NCBI GenBank assembly: GCA_013239625.1
Contig: MU056000.1
Span: forward strand, 13,467,175 to 13,531,174
DNA from: Lama guanicoe
Taxonomy: Eukaryota
Direction of reading: 5' to 3'
DNA length: 64,000 nt
In this document: piece by piece, positions 51,130-63,551 of the stretch
How the letters are laid out: each line of letters opens with the position of its first letter
How positions within the stretch are numbered: position 1 is the first letter of the stretch
The notes under the pieces: model-generated
Seen by the model: the letters and a program-made list of their open reading frames with translations, nothing else
Database searches by the model: none
Told to the model about the DNA's origin: nothing
Translations under genes and position numbers: made by a program

Positions 51130-53240
51130 AGATTGAGGGTGAATCTCTTCCTGCCCAACTGACATTAGAGCCACACTCTCAGTGTTTGACCCATTGCTGT
51201 AAAATAGCCCCTGCCTCAGAGTACTAAAACCCTTCAGACAGGTTCAGATACTGGGCATCAGTATGAATCCAAAGAGATTCTTGTCTCTGAACCTGATTCC
51301 TTGTGTTCGGGCCCTTTGAGAGATACATATGCTTTCTACTTCGTTCCTCTGGGCCTATCTATTTATTAGGCCAAGTGTTCTTGGAAAAGAATATACTGGA
51401 ATTTCTTTCTTTCTAAAGGGAAAAATAATTCTAAAGTTTGACAGTAGTTATCAAAACAGCCAACCAGGTGAATTAAATGACCCTTGGCATCTTTTATCTG
51501 TTCTGTCTCCGATGCTACCTGGAGCGGGTTCTAGAAATACTGATCAATTGTCCCTGTTGAATCAGCCACTACCCTCCTTATGGGCAAAATCTTTAACTGA
51601 TATTGACAAAATACACAACACACCACTCATCAAAATTCAAATATTTCTTAAAACTTGTTTCCAGAGTTAATCAATATCCTATCAGCAAAGAAGCCCTTCA
51701 AGGTACAAAACCCGTAAAATGAGATTACAAGGCTCAAGTCTTCATTATCCCTTGTACTCGTCCCTATAATGCTTCAATTTTTCCATTGCAAAAACCTAAG
51801 GGCTGAGGGTGGAGGAATATCCAGGACCTCAGAGCAGTAAACAGCATTGCTATCCCTCAACACCCTGTTCTTCCTGACTCTCACTCATTACTAACATCCA
51901 TCCCCACCAGGAGTCAATTCTTTACTGTAGTAGATGGATGCAGGCATTGTTTGGTGTTCCAGCTGATGAAGCTAGACAATAACTTTTTGCCTTCACTTGG
52001 GAAGAAAAACAATTCACCTGTTCAGTTTTTGCTGAGAATCCTTAGGTTTTATTGAGAATCCTTCTTGCTTCTCATATCCTGAAGGCTGATCTGGATAGCT
52101 TAGCACCGCCTACGGGTTCACTTTGTCGCAATATGTGGATGATATGATTCTGTCCTCTTCTTCCTAAGCCCCCTCACAGGAAGACACATCCACTCCCTAG
52201 AGCTTTTATCCTTAAAGGGACAGAGGTTTGCCAAAGAAAACTTATAGTTTGCCCAAATCCAGTTTCAATATTTAGGAAATCTGTTATCAGAACAAGGGCT
52301 ACACATAAATCCAGGTAGGTTTTATGGTGTCATAAGTTTTCCCATACCCCAAACTAAGCACCAATTGCAAGGTCTCCTGGGGCTGGTTGGTCATTGTCAA
52401 AATTAGATTCCAAATTTCTGTCTTATGGCCAAATCTCTGCATGCTATATCAAATGATAACCCAACCTATTTTTATGGGAAAAACCAGACAACATGACTTT
52501 TAAGGCCTTAAAGGAGTGTTTAATGAACCCATCTGGCCTTGGGCATCCCAATTATCAGCTTCCTTTGTTTTCCTTTTTTGTATATAAAAATGAAGGGAGT
52601 GCCTTTAGGGTATCACACAGAGACCACCACTGACCCATAGGATATTATAATCAGCAACTGGACCCTGTGATGTGGGGACACCCCACCATCTTAGAGCCAT
52701 TACTGCCACTATTCTTTCAATTAAGACTAGTGGGATCACTTTTAACCATTTTTGTTCCTTATGCAGTAGAAACCCTCCTGGAGTCTCATCACATGTCTCT
52801 CATTTCACGTTTCTCAGACAGCTGCCTCACAGTCTGTGAAGTCCTTCTGTTAACTGCTCCTCACATAACTCTTCTGTAATAATAAACTTAGCTCTGCTAG
52901 TTTCTCCCCTCTGTCACCTATGAAGTCCCCCACAAATGATGCTGACAGAACATCTCCTGACTCCTGGTGATGATCTTCTGGACATTGAATGTTAACTTCT
53001 CAGGGTTTACTGATGACTTTATTTAAAAGGTGGCAACAGCAAATATTGTGCTGGGTATACTGTTGCCACTCCTTTTGGTGTCACTGAGGCAACATTGTTA
53101 CCTCTGGCTACTTCAGACCAACAAGCTGAATTATATGGTCTTACATGCATGTGACACGTCTGAAAAAAGCATCAAACTACAATCGGACTTGCACATTATC
53201 TGGTGACCTGAAAGTCAGCATTTCCTGGAATTGAAGCAGA
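51130..53240 (+). pseudogene. pol: ERV pro-pol remnant (protease, RT, partial RNase H, integrase C-terminal tail)
   Basis: Protease site decayed to DIRATLSV (51161); RT motifs QYPISKEALQG, GWRNIQDLRAVN, YVDD at 52132-52143; RNase H TSDQQAELYGL; IN tail HVTRLKKA..GDLK. Confidence 0.92.
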
Positions 53241-53574
53241 TGACATCGTATGGGACAGCTTTCTCAAGGTATTAGAACCAGGCCCATTGACAGTTTGTTG
53301 CCAGACCTTTGATGATGACATATACTTCAGATGATCTCCAATGTCTACAATCTTGATAAAATACAGGTGTTAGATAAAAGATGCCTGAGAGCTCTCCCTC
53401 TTACCCAACTTGTTACTTGAATGTGATCTCAATAGTTTTCCAGTCTGTGCAATTTCCCTTCAGTGTGGGACAGTACACCCAGAAAAGGTCCTTATTGGTA
53501 TTGAAGGACAAAAAGTTCTGAAACAGGAAAACCTGACTCTTGCTCGTCAGTGCTTTCAGAGAAATATTTTGATC

Positions 53575-53586
53575 AAAAGGGAAAAA
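53575..53586 (+). promoter_or_regulatory. Polypurine tract
   Basis: aaaagggaaaaa immediately before the TG of the 3' LTR. Confidence 0.8.
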
Positions 53587-54234
53587 TGCAAAAAAAAAAT
53601 GATAAATAGAAACTTCAATTAAATAGAGTTGGGAGGTCTGAAGAGGGAGCTCTCATGGTCTGAGTTAATAGCATAACCCAATAGGAACAAGACTCCTCTT
53701 CTTTCCAGGTAAGGACTTACTTAGCCAGTGAAAAAGCATGGTTATTATAGTCCTACCACGTTCCTTTTCACCTCTATAAATTGTTCTCCCTCCGTTTATG
53801 CAAGAATTGCACTTCGTTTGCCAGGGTTGCAAACCCTGAATTGCAATTCTCTGCTGATTCCAAATAATGCCCCCTCCTTTTTTTTCCTGAAGAAATAACT
53901 GTCAGTCTATTTGTCTTAGGTCAACACTTTAAACATTTATTTGTTTTAAACTTGTAAATGTACATCTATTCAGTAGCAATCTGACATGTAGTCAAAGTAC
54001 TTTGTCTGGAATAGAATGTAAAAAAAATTAAACAAAAATTATTACGATAAAAGGTACAACTGACATAAACAGGTATGACAGCAGCACGACTGACTGCTGT
54101 TAATTAAACAGCTCAATTGGAGAAAGCAAAAGTATGCAGCCAGCTGTAGGAAGTGGGCTGCCTGCCACGAGGGTCCATTGTGCAGTGGGCGTTCGTGAGC
54201 ATTTTTCTCTCTCTTTTTTCGTTCTTTCTTTCTT

Positions 54235-54680
54235 TTTTTTTTCTTCTGTATTAAGAACACTTATTATGGGATCTAAATGCAATACATTTCTTTCACCTAT
54301 TGGTACAATGTTGTACAGTGTACCTCTAGAACTTAGTCATTTTGTGTAGCTTTAACTGTATACCCATTGCATAGCAGTTCCCCATTAACACTCATCCCCA
54401 GCCCCGGACAACCACTATTCCTCTCTCTGCTTTTAGGAATTTGACTATGTTAGACATTCCATATAAATTGGATCACGTAGCATCTGTCCTTCTGTGACTG
54501 GCTTATTTCACTTAGCATAATGCCTTCCAGGTTATCCAGGTTGCCTGTGGGAAGATTTCCTTCTTTTTTAAGGCTGAATAATACTACATTGCATGTCTAT
54601 TCCACATTTTTTATCCATTGATCCATTGACAGACACTCAGGTTGTTTCCATACCTTTGTTATTGTAAATAACTCTGCAGT
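54235..54680 (-). mobile_element. LINE-1 (L1MA/MB-like) 3' end
   Basis: T-rich tail; cttctgtgactggcttatttcacttagcataatg; ttccttcttttttaaggctgaataatact. Confidence 0.85.
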
Positions 54681-55299
54681 TGGAACCAAGACCTTGCAGA
54701 GATTATCTATGCTCCTGTATGAATGTTTTCCAAAAAGGATGGATGACATTAGTTATCCCAGTTGGCTAAGAGACAGCCTAAGAGAGATTTTACCAGATTC
54801 CTTAAAATATACCGTTTAGTGCCAAATGACCATTTCACAGATAACCCTAATAAAGGTTCTGTGTTACACTGTATTTCCACACATGTGAATTACAGAGATT
54901 TAAAGTAAATTAAGTAGCCAGAAAAAGATTGCAGAAGAAACTATACAGAGCTAAAAATAAACAGACAAAAACCCCCACTCTGATTTAGAATGAGTTATTC
55001 TGGTTTAATCAATGATCAAAGAACACACTACAAAATATGAAAAAAACATGAGTGATTTAATATATGGCGACTTGGGTCCACTCATCCATTTCAGTTTGGT
55101 CCCAGCCACCTCCGTGTTGGCTGAGTAGTTCCTCAGTGGACAGGTGGTTTCTACCCTCTTCCTTCTACTCACTGTGCTGTAGCAACGTGGGCTTTTAGGA
55201 CATTCTTTACACAAGAAAGGCACATTTTCTCTAAAGCTCCTTCTGCAAGTTACTACCCCTCCACCCCCCACAATATGGCTCCATCTTCGCCACATATTT

Positions 55300-55505
55300 T
55301 GTCTTTGTTTTAATGTCTTAAGCCTATAATTTACCTCATCACTATTTTATACTTTCAGAAAATACTTATTTCTGTCTAGGTTTCTTTTCTTTACTGTCTC
55401 CTACTACTGGAAATTAAGTTCCATTAGTGTAGTACATCTGTATTCCCTGTGAACAAAACTCAGTATACAATAGACCATTGATTAATATTTCTTGAATGAT
55501 TAAAT
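55300..55505 (+). mobile_element. LINE-2 3' end
   Basis: actgtctcctactactggaaattaagttccat..attaatatttcttgaatgatt. Confidence 0.55.
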
Positions 55506-56989
55506 TGTTGACTATTTTTCCTATTTCTGAATGAGTTCTAAGTTGATTATATCTATCTGATTTCTCTCAAATTTTTTTGCCATTAACTAAATTAAAGAGA
55601 ATAATTATAATGATTATAATTATTCAATTTTAAATAACTATTAAAAAGATGATAAGAATCATCTTCTCTCTGAAGTGTTTCATAGTCTCCTTATTTGTTG
55701 AAATTGTTGAGTCAAGAGTACACAGTTTATTTTTCTATGATTTTCTAATCAAATAACTCACTCAATTTTCTCAGGAGATAAAATCCAGAAGTCTCCCACT
55801 AATTGAATAAATTTCATAGGAAAAAAATATAAAGAGTGGGCAACTAAACATTTGAATTGTATCTCTTTTCTATCGCCTTTAGAAGTTTTCCATTTAGATT
55901 TTTTTTTCCTATCCAAACTTAGCCCATCAAAGGTAAAACACATTGAATGAGGGCAAAATTCTGTGTTCTGTTACTTTAGTGACTTCTTGGAAGTTATGTG
56001 TTAGCATCCCCAAAAGATCATCAGCAGTTTTAAGGGATAAAGAGCTGGCTTTATCACCATTGACTTCAGATAAGGAGACCCAGTAGATAATTGGGCTTTT
56101 TGGTTATTGGAAGAAGCATATTCTACCCCGGGGAATACTATTAAAGTGCCTATACAAAATTATTTAACATTTGTCAAACTTAAATGAGGTTGTCTGCAAT
56201 AAGAAAGTTTGAACACGGTTTAAGCAACCAGAAAGCAATCCTTAAATTCGGGCTGCTTTCTCCTCAGGTGCCATAAATAACAGGTATCTTAATACCAAAT
56301 GTGAAACCTTTGTCAATAAGATTCTGCTAGTAATTTATGGTCTCTGGGCGTTGGACAAAGACTTTCTACAGGTACTGAATGCCACAAATACAGAGTTAGC
56401 CATCATTTCTAGAAAATTACTGATCCCTAATACAGACAGACAATCTCAACAAAGGGTACATTTGGCTATTCAACCCAAAATGTATATCCTGCAATGAAAT
56501 CAATGTTTCCCAAGTTGTGAGAAGACCCAGACAATTCCCTTGTGAAATGGAAATAGGTTGTCTATTCGATGCAAAGCTCTGCCCCTAAGACCTTAACTAA
56601 CTTGACAAAAAGCCATGGGAATCCATACTCTGGTCTCATCTGCTGTTTACCTAAACCACTGGTTCACTTTAGCTCTCTTTTGGGAGATTTGTCATCTAAT
56701 AATAAAGCAAAGTTCACACATGGCACCCCCATCCTCCATAATGACAGTAAATCGTCAACAGCTTGTGCTATTGAAAATGAGGGCCATGGCTTGAAGTCAT
56801 GTTTTATTTTTGTAGAGAGACAAATTTGTCTTAAATTGAATGAAATTCATCTTAGGTTCGTGGAGTGCTGTTAAGAGCCTAGTTTTATTGTTAAATTTAT
56901 TGTGTCAACCAATTACTAGAATATTAATGACACACACAACTGGAAACAATGAAAACAAATACAATAACTATCACACATTCAACCTTTAT

Positions 56990-57038
56990 GATAGATCGAT
57001 CGATCGATCGATCGATCTATCTATCTATCTATCTATCT
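56990..57038. repeat. Compound (GATC)6(TATC)n microsatellite
   Basis: gatagatcgatcgatcgatcgatcgatctatctatctatctatctatct. Confidence 0.95.
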
Positions 57039-59739
57039 AATCTACCCCCAATAAAAAAGGGGTAAACTTGGAGGAAAGTTTCTGGAACGAAGTATGTGAT
57101 CAAGAATGTTTTGTCTTCATTTCTTCTCTACCCTGCTGGATACAGGCTTGATCTTACCTTGAAAATGAAGATATCGAGAAGGAATGGAATTCAAGGATTT
57201 ATTTTAAAGATCTTCTACCCAAGATCAAGGACCATGGTCACTGAGCTATCATCATATGCTTTGCCTCAACCCTCTTGTATCATGTGATTATGCATGTAAA
57301 GTTTGTTTACTGAAGATTTGGAATTATCAGAGTGTCATATTGCATACTGTTTCAGAAATTCATTGGCTATTTTCCTCAACCAGTTACGGCTTCCTGGCCA
57401 TTGAAGTTGTAATATCCCAAGCTGCTTTATCATTTTTTGGTCATCATGCTCTTGATCATCCTCTCTCTAGATGCTTTTTCCTGCCTCCTTACAGGTGTTA
57501 TCAGTAGGCAACTCCATATTATCTACAACATTATTTAAAAACAAAACAAAAATTTAACTTCTCTTGGTTTATACATTTCCCAGTTACGCTATGCTCGATG
57601 GAGCCTCACTAACGTGTGGTGGGGAGTTTCTTTCTTTTGTTTCATTTTGTTTTCTGAATAAAGAAGCGGTTCCTTCCCTCAGGAGAATTCTTTAAAATTT
57701 TGACAATATTTTCCTCTTGAAATTGTATCCCTGGATATGAATGCAACAATCCTGGTACGGAGATTCACAATGATACATTGTTGATTCACAGAGAAAGTTG
57801 AAACCCCCTCCTCTAAAACTGTACTGTCGATATTGTCCACAAGTTCTGACTTCAAATGGCAGGCTGTTTTAAGAATACAAACATATCACACATTCACTGC
57901 TAATAAATGTTGTTTATTGAAGTGGTTTAGCTTGAGTAGACTCCCTAAAATGTTAAACGATCACTCTCATCAGAGGTTTATGAATGCGCTGCTTATCTGT
58001 TCTACGAGTACAAGTGAAATAGTCAAGCTGTTCATCAGTGACTTGATTAGGCAGGCTCTAAAATGCTTGTAATTACGTTTAGGAAATACCAGTTTTTCTT
58101 TAGTGATGGAGAAGCTTTTCTTCACATTTGCACTTTGTAAGCTCATAGAATGGTAACAGTAAGTGGGAAAACTTCTACTCAATTTGAATTTTACGGCAAA
58201 ATGGTTTCTCATATTTAAGGTGAACTAGAAACAAGGATCTGAGAAAAATAAATGCAGAAAAGTGCCATAGAGTTTATGAGTGTCTTTAAAGCTGCATGAA
58301 AGGCGGCTTTTATTTATTTATTGTTTCCTTTTTCCTTTTCTTTTCTTTCCCTTCCTCATCTTGTATCACCCTTATTCCTAAAGTGGAATTTAGGTAACAC
58401 AAGAAAAATTGTTACTATTAAAGGAAAGTGAGGCAGACGTTTTGCTACTCAAGTTCTGATTCACAAATATTCATCAGCTTTGAGATCACAAAAGTGCAAA
58501 GATAACATTTTTATTTATTTAAAATTTTAGTTTGTTCCTTTCTTGTCACTCAGTCCATAAATTCATTTAAAAAATAATTACTAGCACAACATTTCAGTTT
58601 ATACAACCATCCTACCAATCATTGAATCCATCAATACACATTTAAACCAAGACGGTATTTTTTGTTGTTGCTGTGTGGAATGTATCAGAAATAAAACACT
58701 TTGCCCCAAATCTTATTGTTTGAAATGAATTCATCAACAATCTCAGACACCACCAGTTTGAGTTCCTACAGACCTAGTGAAAACGGCTATTCCACTAGCG
58801 GGAGAAACCCATTTAGTGTAGTAAACCTTCAGCAAATAAAATATTTTCGCTTTGAGAAGCATAGTTAGCATTCTAACTGCCTGTTTGTTTTGCTACAGTA
58901 AAGAATTTTTTTTTGTTAAAGCAAAATATCGAACAGAGGAATAACATCTGGAAGCAGAGTTAACTATGGAGACTTGTATTGACTGTGGCTGGGGAAATGC
59001 TTCCGCCTGGTAACAGAGTGGGTGCTGTTTCTCCACCCAGGCTAATAACCCAGGCTGCTCTTTTCAGTTATCAACGGTTGCAGGCACGGGGGTCAGGCTG
59101 CTCTGACAGGTCTGTCTTGGGGTTTGCAGCTGTGGCTGGGAGAACACAGGACCAGGATTCCAGGCCCCCTTCCTTGCTACTGGTGAGAACACACTGGTTT
59201 CCAGACTAGCTGTGGCAGTTCTTTGTCCCTCTCTGCAGATCTTGTTAACTCTTTGTCTCAATCTGGGACAAATTAGCATACCAAAGCATCACTTCCTATG
59301 GATTTCTTGATTCTTTGTTGCATTTTATGGACTCCTGACTTTTCAGTGGACTGTTTTAATTGCAAATTTTTGCTTTTGTTTTTAATCGTACAGTCAGTTG
59401 CAACCTTGCATAATGACAATTGACATCTTTCTCACCATACCAGCCAAAAACCAGTTCTGACTAATCTCCCACACCAATCAAGACAGGACCCCAATGCTCT
59501 AGCTTGTCCCTCAAGAGAATTTGAATGTGGTTTCTCTGCACCACAGCCATTGCCTGAAATAAAGGGGCAAGTTTCCATCATCCCAGCCCACACTTTGTTA
59601 CAACTGAGTGGGGTGTATCTGAGAGTGCTTCTCTCCCAGTTGATGGAGGTGAGCCCAGAGCCTCTGACTCGGGGGCTCCACTGAGCCCCTGCACAACTTC
59701 CATAGGCTCATAGTGATCTTACTGATTTTTGGTAACCCA

Positions 59740-60620
59740 TTACTCGAGGTGGAATTCACGTACCATAGGATTCACCCACTGAGAATGTAAATTCAGTGGT
59801 TTTTTATACATTCCTAAAATTGTGTAATCATGACCAGAATCAATTTCAAAACACTCATCACCACCTCCTCTTCAAAATACTCTTTGCCCATTTTTAGTCA
59901 CTTTTCAGTTTCCTCCAACCTCACTGCCACCAGCCAACCACTAATCTATTCTGTCTCTATAGATTTGTCTATTATGATCCTTCCATATAAATGAAATTAT
60001 ACATATATTGTCTTTTGTGATTAGTTTCTTTAGTACCCTGTTTTCAGGGTTCATCCACATGGTAGTATGTGTTACGCCATCTTTATTTTTATTGCCAAAT
60101 AACATTTCACTGAATGGATATACACCACTTTATCCATTCATCTGCTGATGGGCATTTGGGTTATTTCTAATTTTTAGCTATTTTGAACAATACTGCTCTG
60201 AACATTTGTATACAAGTTTTTGTTTGGACATACATTTTTATTTCTTGTGGGTCATATGGTAACTATGTTCAGCCTTTGAGAAACTGCTGGAATGTGTCAA
60301 AATGGCTCCATTATTTTATATTTCCATCAGCACTTTAGAAGGGTTCCAATTTCTCCATATTCTTACCTATATCTATTTGGAAAAAATGTCTGTTCAAATA
60401 CATTGTCTATTATTAAACAGGATTAACTCTTTATTATTGAATTGTTTTTTATTTATATTTTGGATACAAGGCTGTTACCATGTGATTTGCATAAGTTTTC
60501 TTCATATTCTGTAGGTTGTCTGCACTTTGTTAATGGTATTTTTTGAGGCACAGAAGTTCAAATTTTGGTTAAATTCAATTGATTATTTTTTTCTGTATAT
60601 TGTTTGTGCTGTTGGTGCTC
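59740..60620 (-). mobile_element. Old LINE-1 (L1MB/MC-like) 3' region
   Basis: caaccactaatctattctgtctctatagatttgtctatt; tccattcatctgctgatgggcatttgggtt; tatggtaactatgttc. Confidence 0.85.
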
Positions 60621-61984
60621 ATAGTGACTCTTGATAAAGATTGATGAGTTTCATTCTGCCCCTTTTAGTCTCAATGTTAACCTCTAATTAAAAGCAATCC
60701 TGAAGCAGTTGAAATAAATAAAAGGTTAAGTTCAGTGCCCAGTGGTTGTTCATCATCTATTTTTAAAACATTTATTTCAAATGTATAATCATGAGCATGC
60801 AAGAATCTAAACATGCACAACTTCTTTGGGAGCATAAATTTTACCTGAAATCTAAATGCAAATTTAAAATAGGTGAATGATGCAAGCTATCTGTTTATAA
60901 CTTCTGGGCTTGTTATACCAGAAATAAGTGATTATTTTGTCCTTCCAGCATCATACCCACCATGACAGCTTCACCTCTCACGTGCCACTGCGAGGTCATC
61001 TGATCATATCTCTGATTTCTCCCCACATTTATAGATTTTACTTTTTCGTATATTCCAGTTTCTTATTTTTTTTTTAAGGGACACCCCAGGTACTGCATTC
61101 CTAACCTTGTTTCATAAGAAAGATAAAGACAACGACCACTGTTTTCTAGTAGGACTGATTTTGCTATGAACTGCTCCATCTGCATCATCAAATACGGGTT
61201 ACTGTAAGGTAAAAAAATGAGCAGTCCACTGCCCCCAGACCCTACGGCCATCATCAACAGATATTTGGGGGCATGTGCACCAAACTGTGCGAGGCTGAAC
61301 TTTTCCTGCACTTTTTTTAGTGGCTACTTTTCCCACAGACATTGTATACCTTCTGTTGTATGACCTGGTAACACCTGCTCTTGTGCTAAACTCTAGCACC
61401 TGTTGAATAACTATTCTTTGGCCTACTACCGTCACATTCTTCACCAATTGAAGCAATAACACGTTTTATAAAATTTTATATTATATACTTACATGTAAGA
61501 TATTTATATTTATAATTCAAAGTGGCTGTCTCCTCACCTCAAAAAAGATAGTGACAGTGCTGATGGGCACTGCTGACAGGCGTCCCAGAAGCTGCAGAGA
61601 CAACAGTAAACAGCAGGCAGGGGTTATCAGAGAAGGTGTGGTCTTACCTGCCCTGTGCTGTTTATGACACGACCAAATAACTACATTTTAACAAAGCAGC
61701 TCTATATCGTATATTTTCTGTTCTTTTGTCTCCAGCTAGCTCCCAACTCCATTTACTACCTTTTATAATAAAACATTTCCTACTTCCTGCTACAACAGAT
61801 ATCTTGGATAAATGTTTCACATTATGTGGAGGTTTCTGAGGGAAGCATTTATTTCCACCGTGCTTGAATCTCAGTTTTTGCATAAATCTGGGAGTGAAAA
61901 TGAAACTTGCATGAATTAGAGCTTAGAAGCACACGTGAGCATGCGTGGATCTTTGGCCTGTGAGAGATGTGGGTTCTCACTCCA

Positions 61985-62360
61985 GGGTACAGGTGAGCTG
62001 GGAAAAATGATTATCTTATGTAAAACAAGAAGTTAGATTTCTACTTCACATTCTACATGGAAATCAGTGCCATTTAGATTGTGACTTAAATCTTAAAAAA
62101 TCAACTTTCAAAATTTTAGTAGAAAAGAAATGCAAATTTTTTAGATTTTGATGAAGAGAAGGATTATTAAGTATAAAATAAATGACTAATTAAATTTAAC
62201 TGTATTCAAATTTGAAACTTTGTTCATCAAGTCACAACTTTAAGTAAATGGAAGGAAAGTTACAATATGGGAGGATATATTCATGATACAGAAACCAACA
62301 AGGAATTAGCAGGTGTGATACATAAAGAACTATAGATAAATAAAACCTACAAACTGTCTT
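61985..62360 (+). mobile_element. Old L1ME-like ORF2 fragment
   Basis: agttagatttctacttcacattctacatggaaatc..tttgaaactttgttcatcaa. Confidence 0.6.
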
Positions 62361-62410
62361 GTGGATTAGGAGATTTTCCATTCTGATCATTCCATTCTGT
62401 ACCTTGGAGG

Positions 62411-62590
62411 TAGGGTTGCCAGATTTAGAAAATAAAAATACTCAGTTAAATTTGAACTTCAGATAAATGGTTAATATGTTTTTTTGGCATAACTATCTCA
62501 CAAATATTATATGGGGCATACTTACTCATAAAAAAGTCATTGATTATCTGAAATTTGAATTTAACTGGGTGTCCTATGCTTTAACCAGAA
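62411..62590. mobile_element. MER53 hAT MITE
   Basis: tagggttgccagatttag..cagttaaatttgaacttcagataaa..ttatctgaaatttgaatttaactgggtgtcct, with internal inverted symmetry. Confidence 0.85.
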
Positions 62591-63551
62591 ATTTTACTTT
62601 TCAAATTTGTATTGAGAATAACATAGCCTACTCAAAGGGGAGTCTCCTCTCAAGGCTTAAGGAAACGGAGACATTACACAATTAACTTTACTTTATTGTT
62701 AGTATATAGCTATATAAATATAGATATTATAACATAAAAAGCATGTTATTCATTATAATATATTACCATGAGTAGCTATGTGAATGGCCTTGAGAAGGTT
62801 AATAATCTTTTACAGAAGTTTTAATATTCCCATTTTTTAAAACAAAATAATATATTATTATAAGAGCTCACCTGTTTCTGAAGTGTGATTTCATGAAGCT
62901 CCACTGTTGCTGATTTAAATTAAATCTGAAAATGAATAGTGTACACCATGTATGATTACCAACTTGCAGTGAATAACGGTTTCATTTCATATCTCTTGGC
63001 TCCCCATTTAAGTCCTGTGCCTCCCAATTACCAGCTGCAACTATATAATGCTCATGAGGTAGCCCTTTATCATTCAAATAGTGACACATTAAAAAGGATT
63101 GTAGATTAGATCCTTGTCATATAAAATACCAAATCCAAAGAAGTAACATAAAATAAGAGCTGCATTATTTCTGTTGCTAAATTGGACTGCTCTGCATCCT
63201 AATAAAATGGGAAAGAATGACAAGTGACCTGTCAGAGAATTGAACTCATTGCACAGAGTTTGCAAATGAAGCAGAAGAATGTGAGAATGTACCTCATCAG
63301 CAAGTTAGGGACCACTTTGCTATTATCACCACGCTTCATATTTCAGCTGGAATTTTTAAATCATAAGTAGAATTAAATTCAACTGACTAGAAGTAAAATA
63401 TCCAAATGTACATTCTTCAGAACATATTCAATTTCAGTGTTTTATTTGTATTCAGGCAGATTGAAATGGAAATAACATGAGGTAAAGAATTCATTTATTT
63501 CAGTTTCAGTGGCTCAGCCATTTATCCTGAAAGTCACCTGCAGTGCCCCTC

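Larger units (their letters stand above)
49141..53926 (+). mobile_element. Defective class I (ERV1, HERV-I/IP10-like) provirus: 5' LTR 49141-~49460, 3' LTR 53587-53926
   Basis: Two homologous LTRs (TG..CA), 4-bp TSD CTTT (49137-49140, 53927-53930), PBS, PPT and gag-pro-pol motifs in the correct order. Confidence 0.95.

Noticed and set aside
51329..51670. 113-aa ORF as a functional gene
   Set aside because: A fragment of the decayed ERV protease/RT boundary, flanked by stops and frameshifts.
53240..53575. Possible env remnant
   Set aside because: Too short, and no furin site, immunosuppressive domain or CX6CC motif could be read.
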